DNA from: Eledone cirrhosa
Taxonomy: Eukaryota
DNA: 64,000 bases
Direction: 5' to 3'
Assembly: GCA_964016885.1 (NCBI GenBank)
Contig: OZ024743.1
Coordinates: 43,152,001-43,216,000 of the forward strand
In this document: piece after piece, positions 27,218 to 40,722 of the stretch
Numbering within the stretch: the stretch's first letter is position 1
Layout: each line of letters starts with the position of its first letter
Position numbers and translations under genes: made by a program
Notes under the pieces: generated by a model
Database searches by the model: none
What the model was told of the DNA's origin: nothing
Seen by the model: the letters and a program-made list of their open reading frames with translations, nothing else

Positions 27218-30120
27218 CGTGGGAAAGTGAAAAATCGGAGAATAGACCGTTAAAACATGTTTATTGAAAATATCACCTACGTACGTTTCGCCCAGTTGGG
27301 CTTCTCAAGGGCATAAACTGTCACAAGTGTTCCTTATATAGTTTGGAAAGAGATTTGGGGGTTAGATCGACATCAAGATTCATTGTTCGCAAAAATATCT
27401 TGTTTTGATTTTGCAGCAGGTCAAGGGAGGTAACTTTGGCCGGTGTTAGGGCAGTCTTTCCCGGATAATTTTTGGTATGCAGGGATCGTTTTCTGGGTGT
27501 TATTTTGCTGCGCCTGCCCGCCGGGGTGTTAAGACTTGTTGCAGGGAGATCCAGTGTGTTATTTCACTCTCCATTCTTAACCCATCTAAAGAAGGATATT
27601 TTTAAGCGATGTGTACAACTTATCGCTGTTTCAGCTCTGCTGTTGATGAGCTCGTGGGGTGCAGTTATGACGTGGTAGAGCTCCATGAGGCAAATATCGC
27701 ATTTCCTCTTGAAGTTGTACGGTGCAGCCCTGTCGACAATCTCCCACTGCGTGGAGAAGCTAATGTTTAAGTCCTTTAGTGATGTGATGTAGTCCGCGAG
27801 CGAGGTGGAGTGCCTTAGTTTTCTATTTGTGAAAGAGTGGAGATGTGTTCGAAACCTAATTTTGAACGGGCCGGAGGTGGCCCCTATATAATGTTTAACG
27901 CTATTGTGGCTAGTAATAGTGCATCTATATATAACCCTATCGGTCAAGCAGTATCCTCTAAGGGGGCACCGTCCTCTGTCGCGGCAGTTGCAATTTCTGT
28001 CGCTGTTCCGTCTATTTCCCACGATAAGGCTATCATTGTTGCTGCCTACGTTGTTAGCTGCGCTACCGCAGCTGTCGTTAGCACAATTACAACCCACAGC
28101 ACGCGGGATGGTGCGATTGTTATTCCGCACGCCATGTTTTGCATGCTCCCCAGTCACTTCGCGGTCATTCTGGTTGCGTCTGCGGATGCCGTTGCCAACA
28201 CTATTGGATGCTGTCAGGGAGTTGTTAAGGCCGATACAGTTATTGTCAGGTGTAGGTGCGTCTGCGTCGAGGTGCTGTGTCTTGGTGATCTTACTGTGGT
28301 TCGTTGTTCCTATGATGTCTGCTAGGTTAGGAGGAGTAGAGAAGGATATTTTTATATTATTCCTATTAAGAATTTTTCTATACCTATGGTTGGGTGGGAA
28401 GTTCTTCTCTAAGGCCTCGAAGAATATCCGGGGTATGTTGGAGGCCACACTTCGAGAATAGGGGGGGTCGAACCATAGGACGTTACGGTGGCGATTACGT
28501 GTCCTTGTACTTTTGCTACGGGTGGTTCCATCTAAGTGATCGCTCTTATGTGTGTTAATGCGCTGTCGCCCGTTCGGTGCCCCTTTCACTTTATGCTCGG
28601 GTGCACTCTTTCTACCACTTCCATGTTTATGTACACGAAGATGTTGGTTGGAAGGCGTTGGTAGTAGGCCGTCGCCTTTGTTGGTTTTGTAATAGGGGAA
28701 TAGTTTGAGTAATCTACAGTTTTCACCGTCGCCGGGGACGTGATCTTTGGTGCGGTTATCTATTCTATTATATCCGACTTTAACGAGGTCGCCGCGTGAT
28801 CGGTTATAGGTATGGCTTACTATAACGTTAGTTTTATGAGGGGGGTGGGTTCTAGAGCTAGCGTTAGGGATGTAGGAAATTCCTCGGTTAAAGCCGTCGC
28901 TTATCAGGGCCCTATTGTAGTAATCAGCCGCTTGGTTGAAGATATCCTCTTGGCGGATAGTCTCGAGATTCTATGTGAGATACTATAGACTATGGAGTTG
29001 AGAGTCTGCTTAGGGTGGTTGGAGGCATAATTAATATAAGAGAGGCACTCTTCAGGCTTATGGTATGGCTTGTATAAGCCCGTACTCAACTACAGGGTCA
29101 CGTCCAGGAAGTTGACAACCCTGTGGTTGAGGTCCATAGTTACGGATAGGCCGTATGACTTAAAGAACCTGTGTATATGTTTGTTAAGGTTCTCTATCCT
29201 ACGGGGGCTATGGTTCCTAACGGTAAACAAGACGTCGTCCCTATATACACCTCCTTGTAGGGCCGGTATTTCTTCCCTAAGCTTATGTAGGAGGTATATC
29301 CCAACCAGGTCAGTTGCTTGCGCTGAGTCGCTGGACCCCATCGTGACATCGAAGTTATCAGGACGGTTGGTTCTGGTCCAGTGGGAGCCTTCGAACTGGA
29401 TAATGGTTCTACGCGCCGCTAGAATTATGTCTATTTCTTTTTTGGTGAGGCTAGTGTTAGATCTAGCTAAGATAAGTGCCTTATTTAAGAGTATGGGGGA
29501 GATAGAGGCGTAGTAGCTATCTATATCAAACTGGATGAATTTCAGGGTGGCTTTATCCGTCAACTCGGTGAACCAATTTATGACCTGGTCGGTGTTGCCC
29601 CAGAGGCAGACCTTAGCCTTTCTATTAAGCTCGAGTAGTACTCTGTCAAGGATCACTTTACTAATCTTACCTATATCTGATGTAGAGGGGCATATAAGTC
29701 TAATAGAGGGGCTTTCATTAAAGTCATATTTGTGATCCTTAAGAGAGAATTTAGGCGTCAGAGGGACGTACGGGTTGGTGTACTTTTCTATTTCTAAGCT
29801 GGTGACTATATCCTTCCCTACTCTATTTATGTCATTTAGGGTACTAGAGGGTGTCTTTTTGTAGTCTTTGTGTAGTTCCTTATAGATGAATTTTTTATAC
29901 TCACTCGCGTCCATCTTGTACAGCTTTTTGGTTTTGTCGGAGGTGACGAAGAGGTGCGGGTCATTCTTGATCTTAGTTATTAGCGTATCAAGGGACGTTA
30001 AGAACGGATTGCTGCATTGGTGTTTCTTTCTGAGCTTAACGTTTTTGATCATTTTCAGCAGGTCCTCTTCAAAGGAGTCCAGTAAGGTGTTGTGCGGTGG
30101 GTTTCGGTATGTTTTGAAAC
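27218..30120 (-). mobile_element. Penelope-like element: RT 29090-30052, frameshifted linker, GIY-YIG 27564-28589
   Basis: FDIDSYY, VTMGSSDSA, YRDD, FLDVTL; CNCRDRGRCPLRGYC; VIYRC..HYIGATSGPFKIRFRTH..CDIC. Hammerhead-like motif at ~27270-27305. (TA)n at both ends. Confidence 0.92.
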
Positions 30121-31409
30121 CATATATATATATATATATATTTATTTATTAAAATAACAGATTAAAGTTTAAGCAAAGAATCGCTGCTTTCACCCTTAAC
30201 GGGATCTTCTGAAACTAAGAAAGTCAATCTTGAAACGCAGAACTGGATATTTCAAAAAACGTTGCAACCGGAGGAAGACAGGAAGACGATACTTTGGTAT
30301 CTCACCCTGCCTCGTTAATGTCCTATCGACACCAAAGTTCAACGTTCGGGCGAATAGATTTGAATCCAACCACCAACAACATAGCTGAATGACCGATAAT
30401 CACACCAAACCGGAGTACTGTGATCCTTGTGATTTCCAGATATACAACCACTGACACTGTTACGAAGACCAGAAAACCATACTCCATATATTGAACCAAG
30501 TGATTGATTTGTGCGACCAAAATAACACCAAACACATATTGAACTAGGAATATTGGATCCTCCGTCAATGTCCGGGTGAGCAAAAATAGATTTCTATCTG
30601 CATTGGAATTTACGAACTTGTGCATCTGCTGTGGTGTCAAAAACAAACGCACATGACCGCACAAATAAACAATGGTCCATGCCACGTGGCTTGAACCCGT
30701 AAGTGAATTTAAGGTTCTGCAACTCTGATACACAGATTACTTATTATTAAGATGTATAAACTTGACATAACTATTATCATCTTATATTCTCTCAACTAAT
30801 CACACTTGATCATATTTCTCTATCCCGTTTTCTCCCCCCATAATTATTATATTATTTATTTTTATTATTATTTGAAAAAATCGTTTTTTTTTACATTGTG
30901 TTTTTCCCTCCAAATATTCGCTTATATTTCTTTATATATTCTCTATATATGTTTTTATCTTTATTTTTTTATCTTTATTATTTCCACTCTTATCCTCCTT
31001 TATATTTTACCTTATTCTTACTTTTATACCTTATTATAGTGTAATCTTCCCCATGCCTTATTATACACTATTAATTATAGATTATTATTATTACTCTTTT
31101 TCCATTTCTAATTACCTCATGTAATTTCTCCTCCGCTATATATATATATATATATTGTACGCCCTTTGTGTTTGTGTAGCCTCTGCGCACCCTCTGCACC
31201 ATACTATCGACGCCACCCCATCTATGGTTCAGCTAACCACCCGACTCCCGGGAATGAATATGACCGCAGCTAGTAAACAAGGACCCACACCCACCCTCCC
31301 GCATCAAAATTAGACTTATCGTCCCCTACTTTTGCTCTTACTCTCTTTACTCTTTGTTCTTGAATGTTTGGTTGGTAGAGTCCATAACACCAATCAAACC
31401 CCTTTTATA

Positions 31410-31454
31410 GCTCTGACGAATCCTACGGTTACGTAAGGAAGAAACATTGTAAGC
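31410..31454 (+). ncRNA. Hammerhead ribozyme motif
   Basis: gct-CTGACGA-atcc tacg gtta cgta agga a-GAAA-C att G-TA-agc, followed by AATAAA. Confidence 0.7.
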
Positions 31455-31727
31455 CAATAAAAATATTTTGATGTTGTAGACGCTATTGTGTTCTTTTTTT
31501 TTCATATATACGGCTCTGCTCCAAAGCATAGAGCTAATTATTATGCTGCCAAGACCTTAATGGGACACGGGTATACAAAACCTAACTCCTATTAACCTAA
31601 GTATATATATATATGATTCCAGTTTCTCAGAGAAATAACAATCCAACCAGGAGGTAGACATATCGGAGTATTAACGGAGTAAATCACTTTAACAACATGT
31701 GCACCTGTCTCTACCACACCAATTCGG

Positions 31728-31782
31728 ACTGCCTGAAGAGGTCAGGGGCAATGATGGCTGTCACCGAAATATATGTAGTAGT
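31728..31782 (+). ncRNA. Hammerhead ribozyme motif in a ~300-bp TA-flanked unit (31615-31920)
   Basis: actgc-CTGAAGA-ggt...acc-GAAA-tatatg-TA-gtagt. Confidence 0.7.
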
Positions 31783-31932
31783 ACGAGACCAAATTTTAAA
31801 TATTTGAATTAATTACTTTATTTTACATTACTCCGGAGTAACCAAACCAACCTGCGTACTTCGTCGAGTGCTCCAATTTGCATACTGAGTGTCGGTAAAC
31901 AACCAACACATACTCAACATATATATATATAT

Positions 31933-32440
31933 AGCTGGGTGTCATATTAAGTTCTGGTATTTATACATTTAGGTAGATGTAAGGGAGGGGTGGTGGCGGG
32001 GGAGGAGTTTTGGGGTAGGATGGTATTTAGAGACACAGGACCACAACATGGCACAGGCCGATTTTTCTTTGGGGAGTGGTCAATTAGCCAGAGTGCTTTT
32101 TTGAAATAAATAAATAAGTAAATAAATAAATAAATAAATAAATAAATAGATAAATGAATAAATAAAAAAAAAAAAAAAATAAAAAAAAAATAAATAAAAA
32201 TAAAAAACCCAAGAATAGTAATTCAGCAGATATATAGTAGGTAAATTTTTTTGGGGTGGGTTGGTAATAGAAGATAAACAAGACCGAATCATGGCACAGA
32301 CTGAGGTGAGTGGTCAAGTTAACATACAAACCACAGGTGGTCAGAGTGTTTTTGTAGAATGGAAAGAATAAAATATATTTACATACTCACAACCACATAC
32401 ATAAACACTTACACACACATATATATATATGCATACCTAT

Positions 32441-32503
<63 letters not shown>

Positions 32504-35034
32504 CATATATATATATATATATACACACAAGAAAAAACACAAATACACAAATATACACACACACACGCATACACATACACACACATATATATATCTACAC
32601 ATACACACGTGCATATACACATATATTATATATACACACATACATGTATGTATGTCTCTCGGTATGAACTATACTATACATACTATACTATACATACATA
32701 TACATACATATGCACACACATACATACATACACATACATACACACACAAACACATACTTACACACATATATACATATATACATATACACACATACACACA
32801 CATACATATATATACACACACATATATATATATATATATATACATATATATACACATACACATATACAAGCACACACGCATACATACACATACATACATA
32901 CAAATAAGTACACATAAACACACATGTACAAACACGCACTCGTTCGCACACATACATGTGTCTATAATATAATGGGAGAAGGTTGTGGGACAAATTTTAA
33001 ACTGGGCCTGATAGAGGATTAACATAATTAATATCACTACTAAGTTATTAATATTATCATTAAGTAATTAATTACTATTTATTATTTACTATTTACCATT
33101 CACTATTCGTTACCTATCTTTTATCTTTTATCTATTCATTACCTAGTCATTCACTCATTAATAAATAAATAAATGAATGAGTTAACTAACAAACAAACAA
33201 ACAAACAGATAAACAAATAAACAAGTAAATAAATAAATAAATAAATAAATAAATAGATAAATAAATAAATAAATAAAGTAACTAAATAAATAAATAAATA
33301 AATAAATAAATATACAAATAAATAGTTAAACAAATCTCGAACGTGTGCGTGCAGCAGTTCATAACTGCACGTATGCAAACATGAGCAGGTATATACGTGA
33401 ATTTGTGTGTGCGGCCACGGAACTTTACTCAGAGGCATACAACACAATATATAAGACCTGGAGCGGAGGAAAGAAGGTAATAATGAGAGAAAGGGGGGAG
33501 GAAAGAAGGTAATATTGAGAGATGGAGGGACGGAAGTGGGATGGGAGACGGGGGTGGGGTGGTGATATCTGGTCAGTCGGGGGGCCGGGTGGGTCTGTAG
33601 TTTTTGTAATTTGCATAGTTCTTGTGCATGCAATTAGGGGAGTGTTCCGAGATCTTGTTGAGGAGAGGGCCTTTGGCGAATAGAATCTCATAGCTCTCGG
33701 AGATACAGAGGTCACAGCAATTATGGCCTCCCGTGTTGGATCGCGCTCTCTGGAGTAGTCTCCATTGGGTCTTGAAGGGGATGGAGTTCCTTTTAAGGTG
33801 CCAGATATGGGCGGCGAGTGTAGTTTGGTTAGATTTGTCTGGGCGCCGGAACGAATGTGTGTGGGCGTACCAGCGAGTCTTAAAACTCTTAGAAGTCATC
33901 CCGATGTACGAGTTTCTTTTTTCATCGGGGCCTGAGAGTACATCGGTTATATAGACGAGATCTTTGTTTAGACAGTTGTTGTTGAGAGGGCAGGTAGTTT
34001 TATCAGGGCAATTGCAATTGCCATCGGTTGCTGGAAGGGCTTCGGAAAAAGTAAACTCATTTAGCTTCTTGATGTTATTGTTGGCTAAGTTCCTAGCTAG
34101 ATTAGGTGTGGTAGAGTAACAGAGTATAATGGTATTCTTATTAAGGATTCTATAATACCTATGTTGGGTAGGGAAGTGTTTTTGTAAGAGAGTGCAGAAA
34201 ATTTTAGCTACAGGTGTTGAAACTTCGCGGTTGAAGGGGGGGGGGGTTGTACCAGCTAATGTGCCTTCGCCTATTCTTCCTGGGTGGACGTGGGGCTATA
34301 CTAAGGTAGGTGATCTTATCTCTAAAGCCGTTGCGGGCCAGGGCCTCGTTGTAATAGGGGGCTGCTGCTCTAAAGATATCTTCATTGGCGGCGAGGCTAG
34401 ATATCCTAATGGAGACACTTTTCACTAGGTTGTCTAATATATTTTTGGGGTGGCTAGAATTAACGTCTATATATCTAAGGGATTCATTAGGTTTGTGGTA
34501 CGGGTAGTAAAGGGAAGTTTCTAAGTCGAGGGTAACGTCTAGGAAGTTAGCTTTAGTTAAGTTCGAATCTAAGGTAATCCTAAGGCCTAAGTTTTTAAAG
34601 AAGGTGTAAAGGTTTTTCCTGAACCCATCCGTGGTCCTGGGGTTGATTTTGTGGAGGGCAAATAAGCCGTCATCTGCGTAGAAACCGCCGGAGAGGCCTG
34701 TGAAGAGGGTCTTCTTATTTATTTATTTCAAAAAAGCACTCTGGCTAATTGACCACTCCCCCAAGAAAAAACGGCCTGTGCTATGTTGTGGTGGTCCTGT
34801 GTATCTAAATACCATCCTAGCCCCCTCCCCCCCCAGCCACCACCCCTCCCTTACCACTACCTAAATGTATAAATACCAGAACTTAATATGACACCCAGCT
34901 TCCTGAAGATTTCATCTGAATGAAACAGTACTAGTCCTGTAGAAGCTCCTTCTATACAATAAAAAAATGTTTACTCTGCCATGTATTGAGTACCTTACAT
35001 ACTGTGGTTATCCCCGACTCAACCCGGGACATAC

Positions 35035-35035
<1 letters not shown>
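31933..35035 (-). mobile_element. 5'-truncated Penelope-like element with inverted pLTR
   Basis: Coding remnant 33573-34710: FYADDGL, FLDVTLD, CNCPDKTTCPL, YIGMTSKSFKTRWYAH, CDLC. 31933-32118 is the inverse of 34714-34900. The 3'UTR is expanded by microsatellites. Confidence 0.9.
34897..34947 (+). ncRNA. Hammerhead ribozyme (family A) in a PLE pLTR
   Basis: agcttc-CTGAAGA-tttc atct gaat-GAAA-cag tactagtc ctg-TA-gaagct. Confidence 0.85.
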
Positions 35036-35068
<33 letters not shown>

Positions 35069-35084
35069 TGTATACACACACACA

Positions 35085-35155
<71 letters not shown>

Positions 35156-35194
35156 TTATAGTACCCCAGGATTAACAAATATATATATATACTG

Positions 35195-35440
35195 TAAAGT
35201 GGTCGTGTAGCTGTCAGGGCAAAACATTTCCAGCCCACAGCGTAGAATGGTCGTGTGTGAGTCATGAATAAAACACCCGGTACTCACTCAAAATGAGGTT
35301 CGCGCTAGGAGGGCATCCAGCTGTAGAAACCCACCCATAATCGGTTCTGTATGAGCAAAGCATAGTCACCTGACCTGACATTACTCAAAACAGGACAATT
35401 TGTCTAACGCATGTCATCGTGGAAACCTGGACGTTAAACG
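35195..35440 (+). mobile_element. Degenerate RTE-tailed SINE
   Basis: 'taggagggcatccagctgtagaaac' and 'gtggaaacctggacgttaaacg' recalled as motifs of a common cephalopod SINE. Confidence 0.5.
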
Positions 35441-35443
35441 GGG

Positions 35444-35490
<47 letters not shown>

Positions 35491-35636
35491 ATGATATTAT
35501 TTATAATTATGTTTATATTATAAACAACTATAAACAGGAAAGGTCAGTAATTTATTACTACATTATTACCAGTAAGAGAAATAGCTCAATGTAAGAACAT
35601 CAGGTGTTTTACAGAGCAGGAATATAAATTATAATT

Positions 35637-38445
35637 TACACAATTATCAAAGTTATGTTTAAATCATTTTATTATTGACAATCGTTTCTTCCAAACTTTC
35701 GTTTGGAATCATAGGAGCATTAGCAATGTTTGTACATATAATTAACCTCCTATTCAACTGAACAATCATATATATTCATATATATTGATGTTGTGAATAA
35801 CAGTTTCGTATTTACAGGTTGGAATGGATGCGACATATATTATACGAGAATTGTACCGTAATTCAAATTAAAATGATGCACTACTCCTATAACGAATTTA
35901 ATACAGAAAGAACTAGGAAACAATTACATAAAATGTTCAAAAACTTCAACTTAACTATCACCTCAGATAAAAACACTAAACACGTTAACTTCCTTGATGC
36001 TACCCTTTGCCTGGTCTCTAAAATATATACACCCTTTCCTAAGTCAAACAAAAAAATATTCGTGTGGATAGGAACTCTAACCACCCTAAATCCATATTAA
36101 ACTCAATTACTAAAGGAATATCTAATAGAATCTCTAATCTATCATTTAAAGAAACCATATTCAACACTAATTCCCAATATTATAAAGAGGCCTTAGCTAA
36201 ATAAGGCCATAAAAATTAGATTGAATTTCTACATATAAAATCACATAGTTACAACATTGTTTCTCACAATATCGCCATGAGGAAAATAATAAAAGTACTA
36301 GCCGCACTAACTCTAATACGAAGGGTAATATCAAACTTACCTCGCACCAAAATAAACACCACAATAATAATATAAACAGAAATACAAATACCTCAAAAAA
36401 CATTACAAAAAACAAAAATAGAACTAATACATTTTTCAATCCCCATTTCAATCTAAACATCTCTACCAATTTGCGTGAGGCTTTCCTCTCAATCCTAGAA
36501 AAAAAACTTCCAAACCATCCACAAATACCATAATATTATCAATAAAAATACCATTGAAATCTCTTACTCTACCACACCTAACATCGCATACCATAAAGTT
36601 AGTAGTAATAAAAGGAAGATTAATAATTATTTCCAACTAATTAAATACAACATGGGGTAAACTTACAGAACAACATAGTACCTGTAAATCCTAGTACCAA
36701 TAATAATAATAGTAATAGCATTAAGGAAATCAATAACAATAGGAACGACAACCATCATTACCCTAATGCTATCCCTAGCAACCAGACTTCAACACAACAT
36801 AGTAACTGGCAAGCAAACAACCATAATAACTGTAACTGTAGAACAAATAAAACTTGCCCCTTAGGTAAAAATTGCTTAATTAAAGACATCATTTACTCAT
36901 GGGAAGTAGTAGGTTGGGCCACATCGTATAAACCACCAAATAAATTGTGTAAACTCTGTCTTCTAGAGACCCGTAGTATAATCTTTTCGAAACTAGACCA
37001 CCTAAATGGAAAGTCAGAGATGTTTTCCTCATGCCAGCACCACTACCGACACTCGTTCCATAACTTTAAACCTAGCTGCTAATATATAACAATGTCAGAT
37101 TTGAATTCCTCACCACCATTAACACTTCACCTCTAGGACTTATCAGCCCCCACAGCATCACAATTTTTGATCAGCTCTTTCCTCTACATAACTCCTATTT
37201 ATCTCAAACCTTATACTCTACAATAACTATTAGAAATAAACATAAAGTTACCACCTTTTAATATAACTACTATAGTTTACTTATATTATATACAGTAATG
37301 GATATATAATATGTAGAAACATTTAATGTAATATGTGATAATATATTATATATACATTTATAATTAAATATATAAATTAATAGCATTGAATATAAGGGAT
37401 TAACTTTTAACAATATAATGTATATTAATAACACAAGAGATGTAACTAATTGGACCTGTAAACAGCTATACATTTTTCCATAATTTATATCTTGTCCAGT
37501 AATGGATATATAACAATGAAATGATACCTTTAATGTATTATAGGAAAATAGACTGTATTTAAAATTAAATATAAATAAATAAAATTATATAGAAGAGATT
37601 CACTTGTAACACAATATAATGTATATTAGAGCAAAGAATTTAAATAATTGATACTTTCATATATAATTTAATTTAATTAATTAGCTAGTTACCTTCCCTT
37701 ACGCATTAGTTCCCCTTACTTTTGGATATCATACTCACTTCCGGAAATTAAATCGCTGTAGAACAACTTTAATCCATGGATAAGAATAAAATAAGACCAA
37801 TTTACAATCCATTGCTATAACTAACTAAAAACATTCAATATAAACATTAAATAAAATATAATTTAACATATGTAATGGAAAAGATAACAATAACTTTGAT
37901 ACTCGCAACACATACACATTTGCACTCTGCAGAATCAATCATCACATTACATCCACCACAATTTTAATACACTAACACCTTTGCTTGAGAAGCTTGTATA
38001 CCAGTGTTATTTTATGTGATACCTTTGCCATACAGTACTTATTTATGCCTAATACCTTTGCTTGTTTCCTTCATATATATGACTAACGCATGTGCACTCT
38101 CTACACGTTTGCATATGTACTGCTAGTGTCCTCATCTTCCTCAATGCCTCTTTCATTACTAGACTATTCCCTTGTATTATCCGTTGCATGTATTCCACTC
38201 TGTGCTTTTAATTTGAATTTGAATTATTGTACAATTCTCGTATAATATATGTCGCATCCATTCCACCCTGTAAATACGAAACTGTTATTCACAACATCAA
38301 TATATATGTATCTATATGATTGTTCAGTTGAATAGGAGGTTAATTATATGTACAAACATTGCTAATACTCTGCTGACCCGAACAAAAGTTTGGAAGAAAC
38401 GATTGTCAGCAATAAAATGATTGGAACATAACTTTGATAATTGTG

Positions 38446-38447
<2 letters not shown>
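35637..38447 (+). mobile_element. Decayed Penelope-like element with inverted pLTRs
   Basis: VNFLDATL, CNCRTNKTCPLGKNCL and CKLCLLE remnants. 35637-35873 is the inverse of 38207-38447 and carries a degenerate hammerhead (ccaaac gaaa gtttggaa-GAAAC-gatt-GTC). Confidence 0.85.
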
Positions 38448-38483
<36 letters not shown>

Positions 38484-38486
<3 letters not shown>

Positions 38487-39336
38487 TAATTTAATATATC
38501 TACTAACATAAGCGCACAGATGTACGCCAATGCCAGCAAATACACAGGTCCTCGATAGCTGTTCCAGTTACCGAATTATTATTATTTTTATATGAGTCCC
38601 CAGTGTCCGCGCATTGCCTGGAGACTCGGCTGAGAATGACCTCCCTGATGACGCAATGAAATTCTCAACAGTTCATTACGTAACTGTCTTTATCCCATTG
38701 CAGAAACTAATTAGTTGGAGTGAAAATTTAAGTAAGTTAATTTTTTTTTAAATTAAAAAAAAAAAAAAAAATGTTCTTACTTTACGTCTTTTATATTATT
38801 GTTCTGCATTCTCCTGCATTGAACCACCTAGGTACTATGACATAACCTGTGTATTTGCTGGCATTGGCGTACATCTGTGCGCTTATGTTAGTAGATATAT
38901 TAAATTATCTATATTTATCTCCAAATCACTGATTTGTCGAGCAAACCTGCCAAAACCACTTCTAAATTTTTTTTGGGGGGTGTTAGTAGGCGTCTGTCAT
39001 CTTACCATCCCATTCCTACTGACTAGCCTCTGTGTCACGTGATTGATTCTTTAGAATCGGCCATATGATCAGTGGCAGTGAGAATTTTCGGTAGCTGGAA
39101 TCCAGTCCTCGATAGCTGTTCCAGTTACCGAATTATTATTATTTTTATATGAGTCCCCAGTGTCCGCGCATTGCCTGGAGACTCGGCTGAGAATGCCCTC
39201 CTGATGACGCAATGAAATTCTCAACAGTTCACTACGTAACTGTCTTTATCCCATTGCAGAAACTAATTAGTTGGAGTGAAAATTTAAGTAAGTTAATTTT
39301 TTTTTTTTTTTTTTTAAATGTTTTTCTTATTTTACG

Positions 39337-39340
<4 letters not shown>
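38484..39340 (+). mobile_element. Retrozyme-like non-coding element: two ~240-bp direct repeats, each with a hammerhead, plus a 5' inverted segment
   Basis: DR1 38548-~38793 and DR2 39105-~39340. Hammerhead ctcc-CTGATGA-cgcaatg..cattgca-GAAA-ctaattag-TT-ggag at 38641-38720 and ~39197-39276. 38484-38549 is the inverse of 38845-38910. Confidence 0.8.
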
Positions 39341-39383
<43 letters not shown>

Positions 39384-39450
39384 GTGTGTGTCTGTGTGTA
39401 TATATGTATGTGTGTGTATGTGTATGTGCGTGTATATGTATATATATATA

Positions 39451-39620
39451 GGTAAAATTCCGTTATAACGGAATTTTGAGTATAACGAAATTTGTTTTCA
39501 ATTACCGAGGTAATAACAAACAAACGATTGATTTCTTTCGGTCGATTTCCTTATAAACAATTTTTCATTACAACGAAGTTTTTTATACCGCGTGAATTTC
39601 GTTATAACGGAATTTCACTG
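39451..39620. mobile_element. Tigger/pogo-like MITE
   Basis: TIRs gtaaaattccgttataacg / cgttataacggaatttcactg with TA flanks and internal ATAAC repeats. Confidence 0.7.
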
Positions 39621-39638
39621 TATATAAACACATACATG

Positions 39639-39700
<62 letters not shown>

Positions 39701-40084
39701 TAATAATAATCTAATCTATAATAAAGTAAGAAGCGCGGGACTCCGTATGGTTTATCATTTTTATCCACCTAGTAAAATAAGTTGGATTAATTTGAATAAA
39801 TAATTGTTTCTACTATTGGCACAAGGCCAGAAATTACGCAGTACATTACTGGTACTTTATTTTATCGACGCCGTAAGGATGAAAGGCACAGTTAACTTTG
39901 AATAAATAATAAATGAATAGTACATAATTTATCTATTAAATTTCGTGGCTGTTCATTAAATATATGTTATTAATTATTTAAAGATTCACTTCTATACAAT
40001 TTTCAAATGTCAACATTTCCGGTTAGCGATCGTTTAAATAAATATTCATATATCTCTGTCACTAATTTTCTCCTAATGCAGTTT

Positions 40085-40440
40085 ATATATAATATTGTTT
40101 TGTTTAATGTATCATGGATGACGTTACTGATTGCATAAGACAGTGTAAGGCAGTGTTCGTACAATTTCTGTGTATATTGTCAATTACGATTTTAATTAAA
40201 CATATCTACATGCATATATATACTTGCGTATAATATCAATATACACACTACACATGCTAGCAGATATATAATATCCTCTTTTTTTAATGTATCATGGATT
40301 AAGTTACTGATTACATAAGAGAGTGTCTTTGTTCAATGTCTGTGTATATTGTCAATTATGATTTTATTCATGTATCATATCTCCATGCCTATATACTTGC
40401 GTATAATATCAATATACACATTACTCATGTTAGCAGAAAC
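40085..40440 (+). repeat. Diverged ~175-bp tandem duplication
   Basis: 'tttaatgtatcatggat...tacttgcgtataatatcaatatacaca..tagcaga' occurs twice. Confidence 0.75.
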
Positions 40441-40479
40441 CACCCGAGGGTGGTTTTTCTGCTAGTAATAATAATAATT

Positions 40480-40665
40480 GTTTCTAATTTTGGCACATGG
40501 CCAGCAATTACCCAGTGTATTACAGGTACTTTATTTTATCGACCCCGTAAGGATGAAAGGCAAAGTTAACCTTGGCAGGATTTGAATTCAGATAATAAGG
40601 GGCCGGAATTCTATGCTGCAAAGCATGGCGTCTGACCCTCTACATACACTGCCAATCCACCGCCC
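40480..40665 (-). mobile_element. tRNA-derived SINE
   Basis: Same family as 7871-8050, with an (ATT)n tail. Confidence 0.8.
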
Positions 40666-40722
40666 TATTATAATAATAATAATAACAATAATAATAATAA
40701 TAATAGTAATAATAATAATAAT

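Noticed and set aside
30323-30733. 136-aa hydrophobic ORF
   Set aside because: No motifs, GTG start, lies among PLE debris.
39709-39772. Mini-Helitron (TC...CTAG|T)
   Set aside because: Too short and lacks a clear subterminal hairpin.
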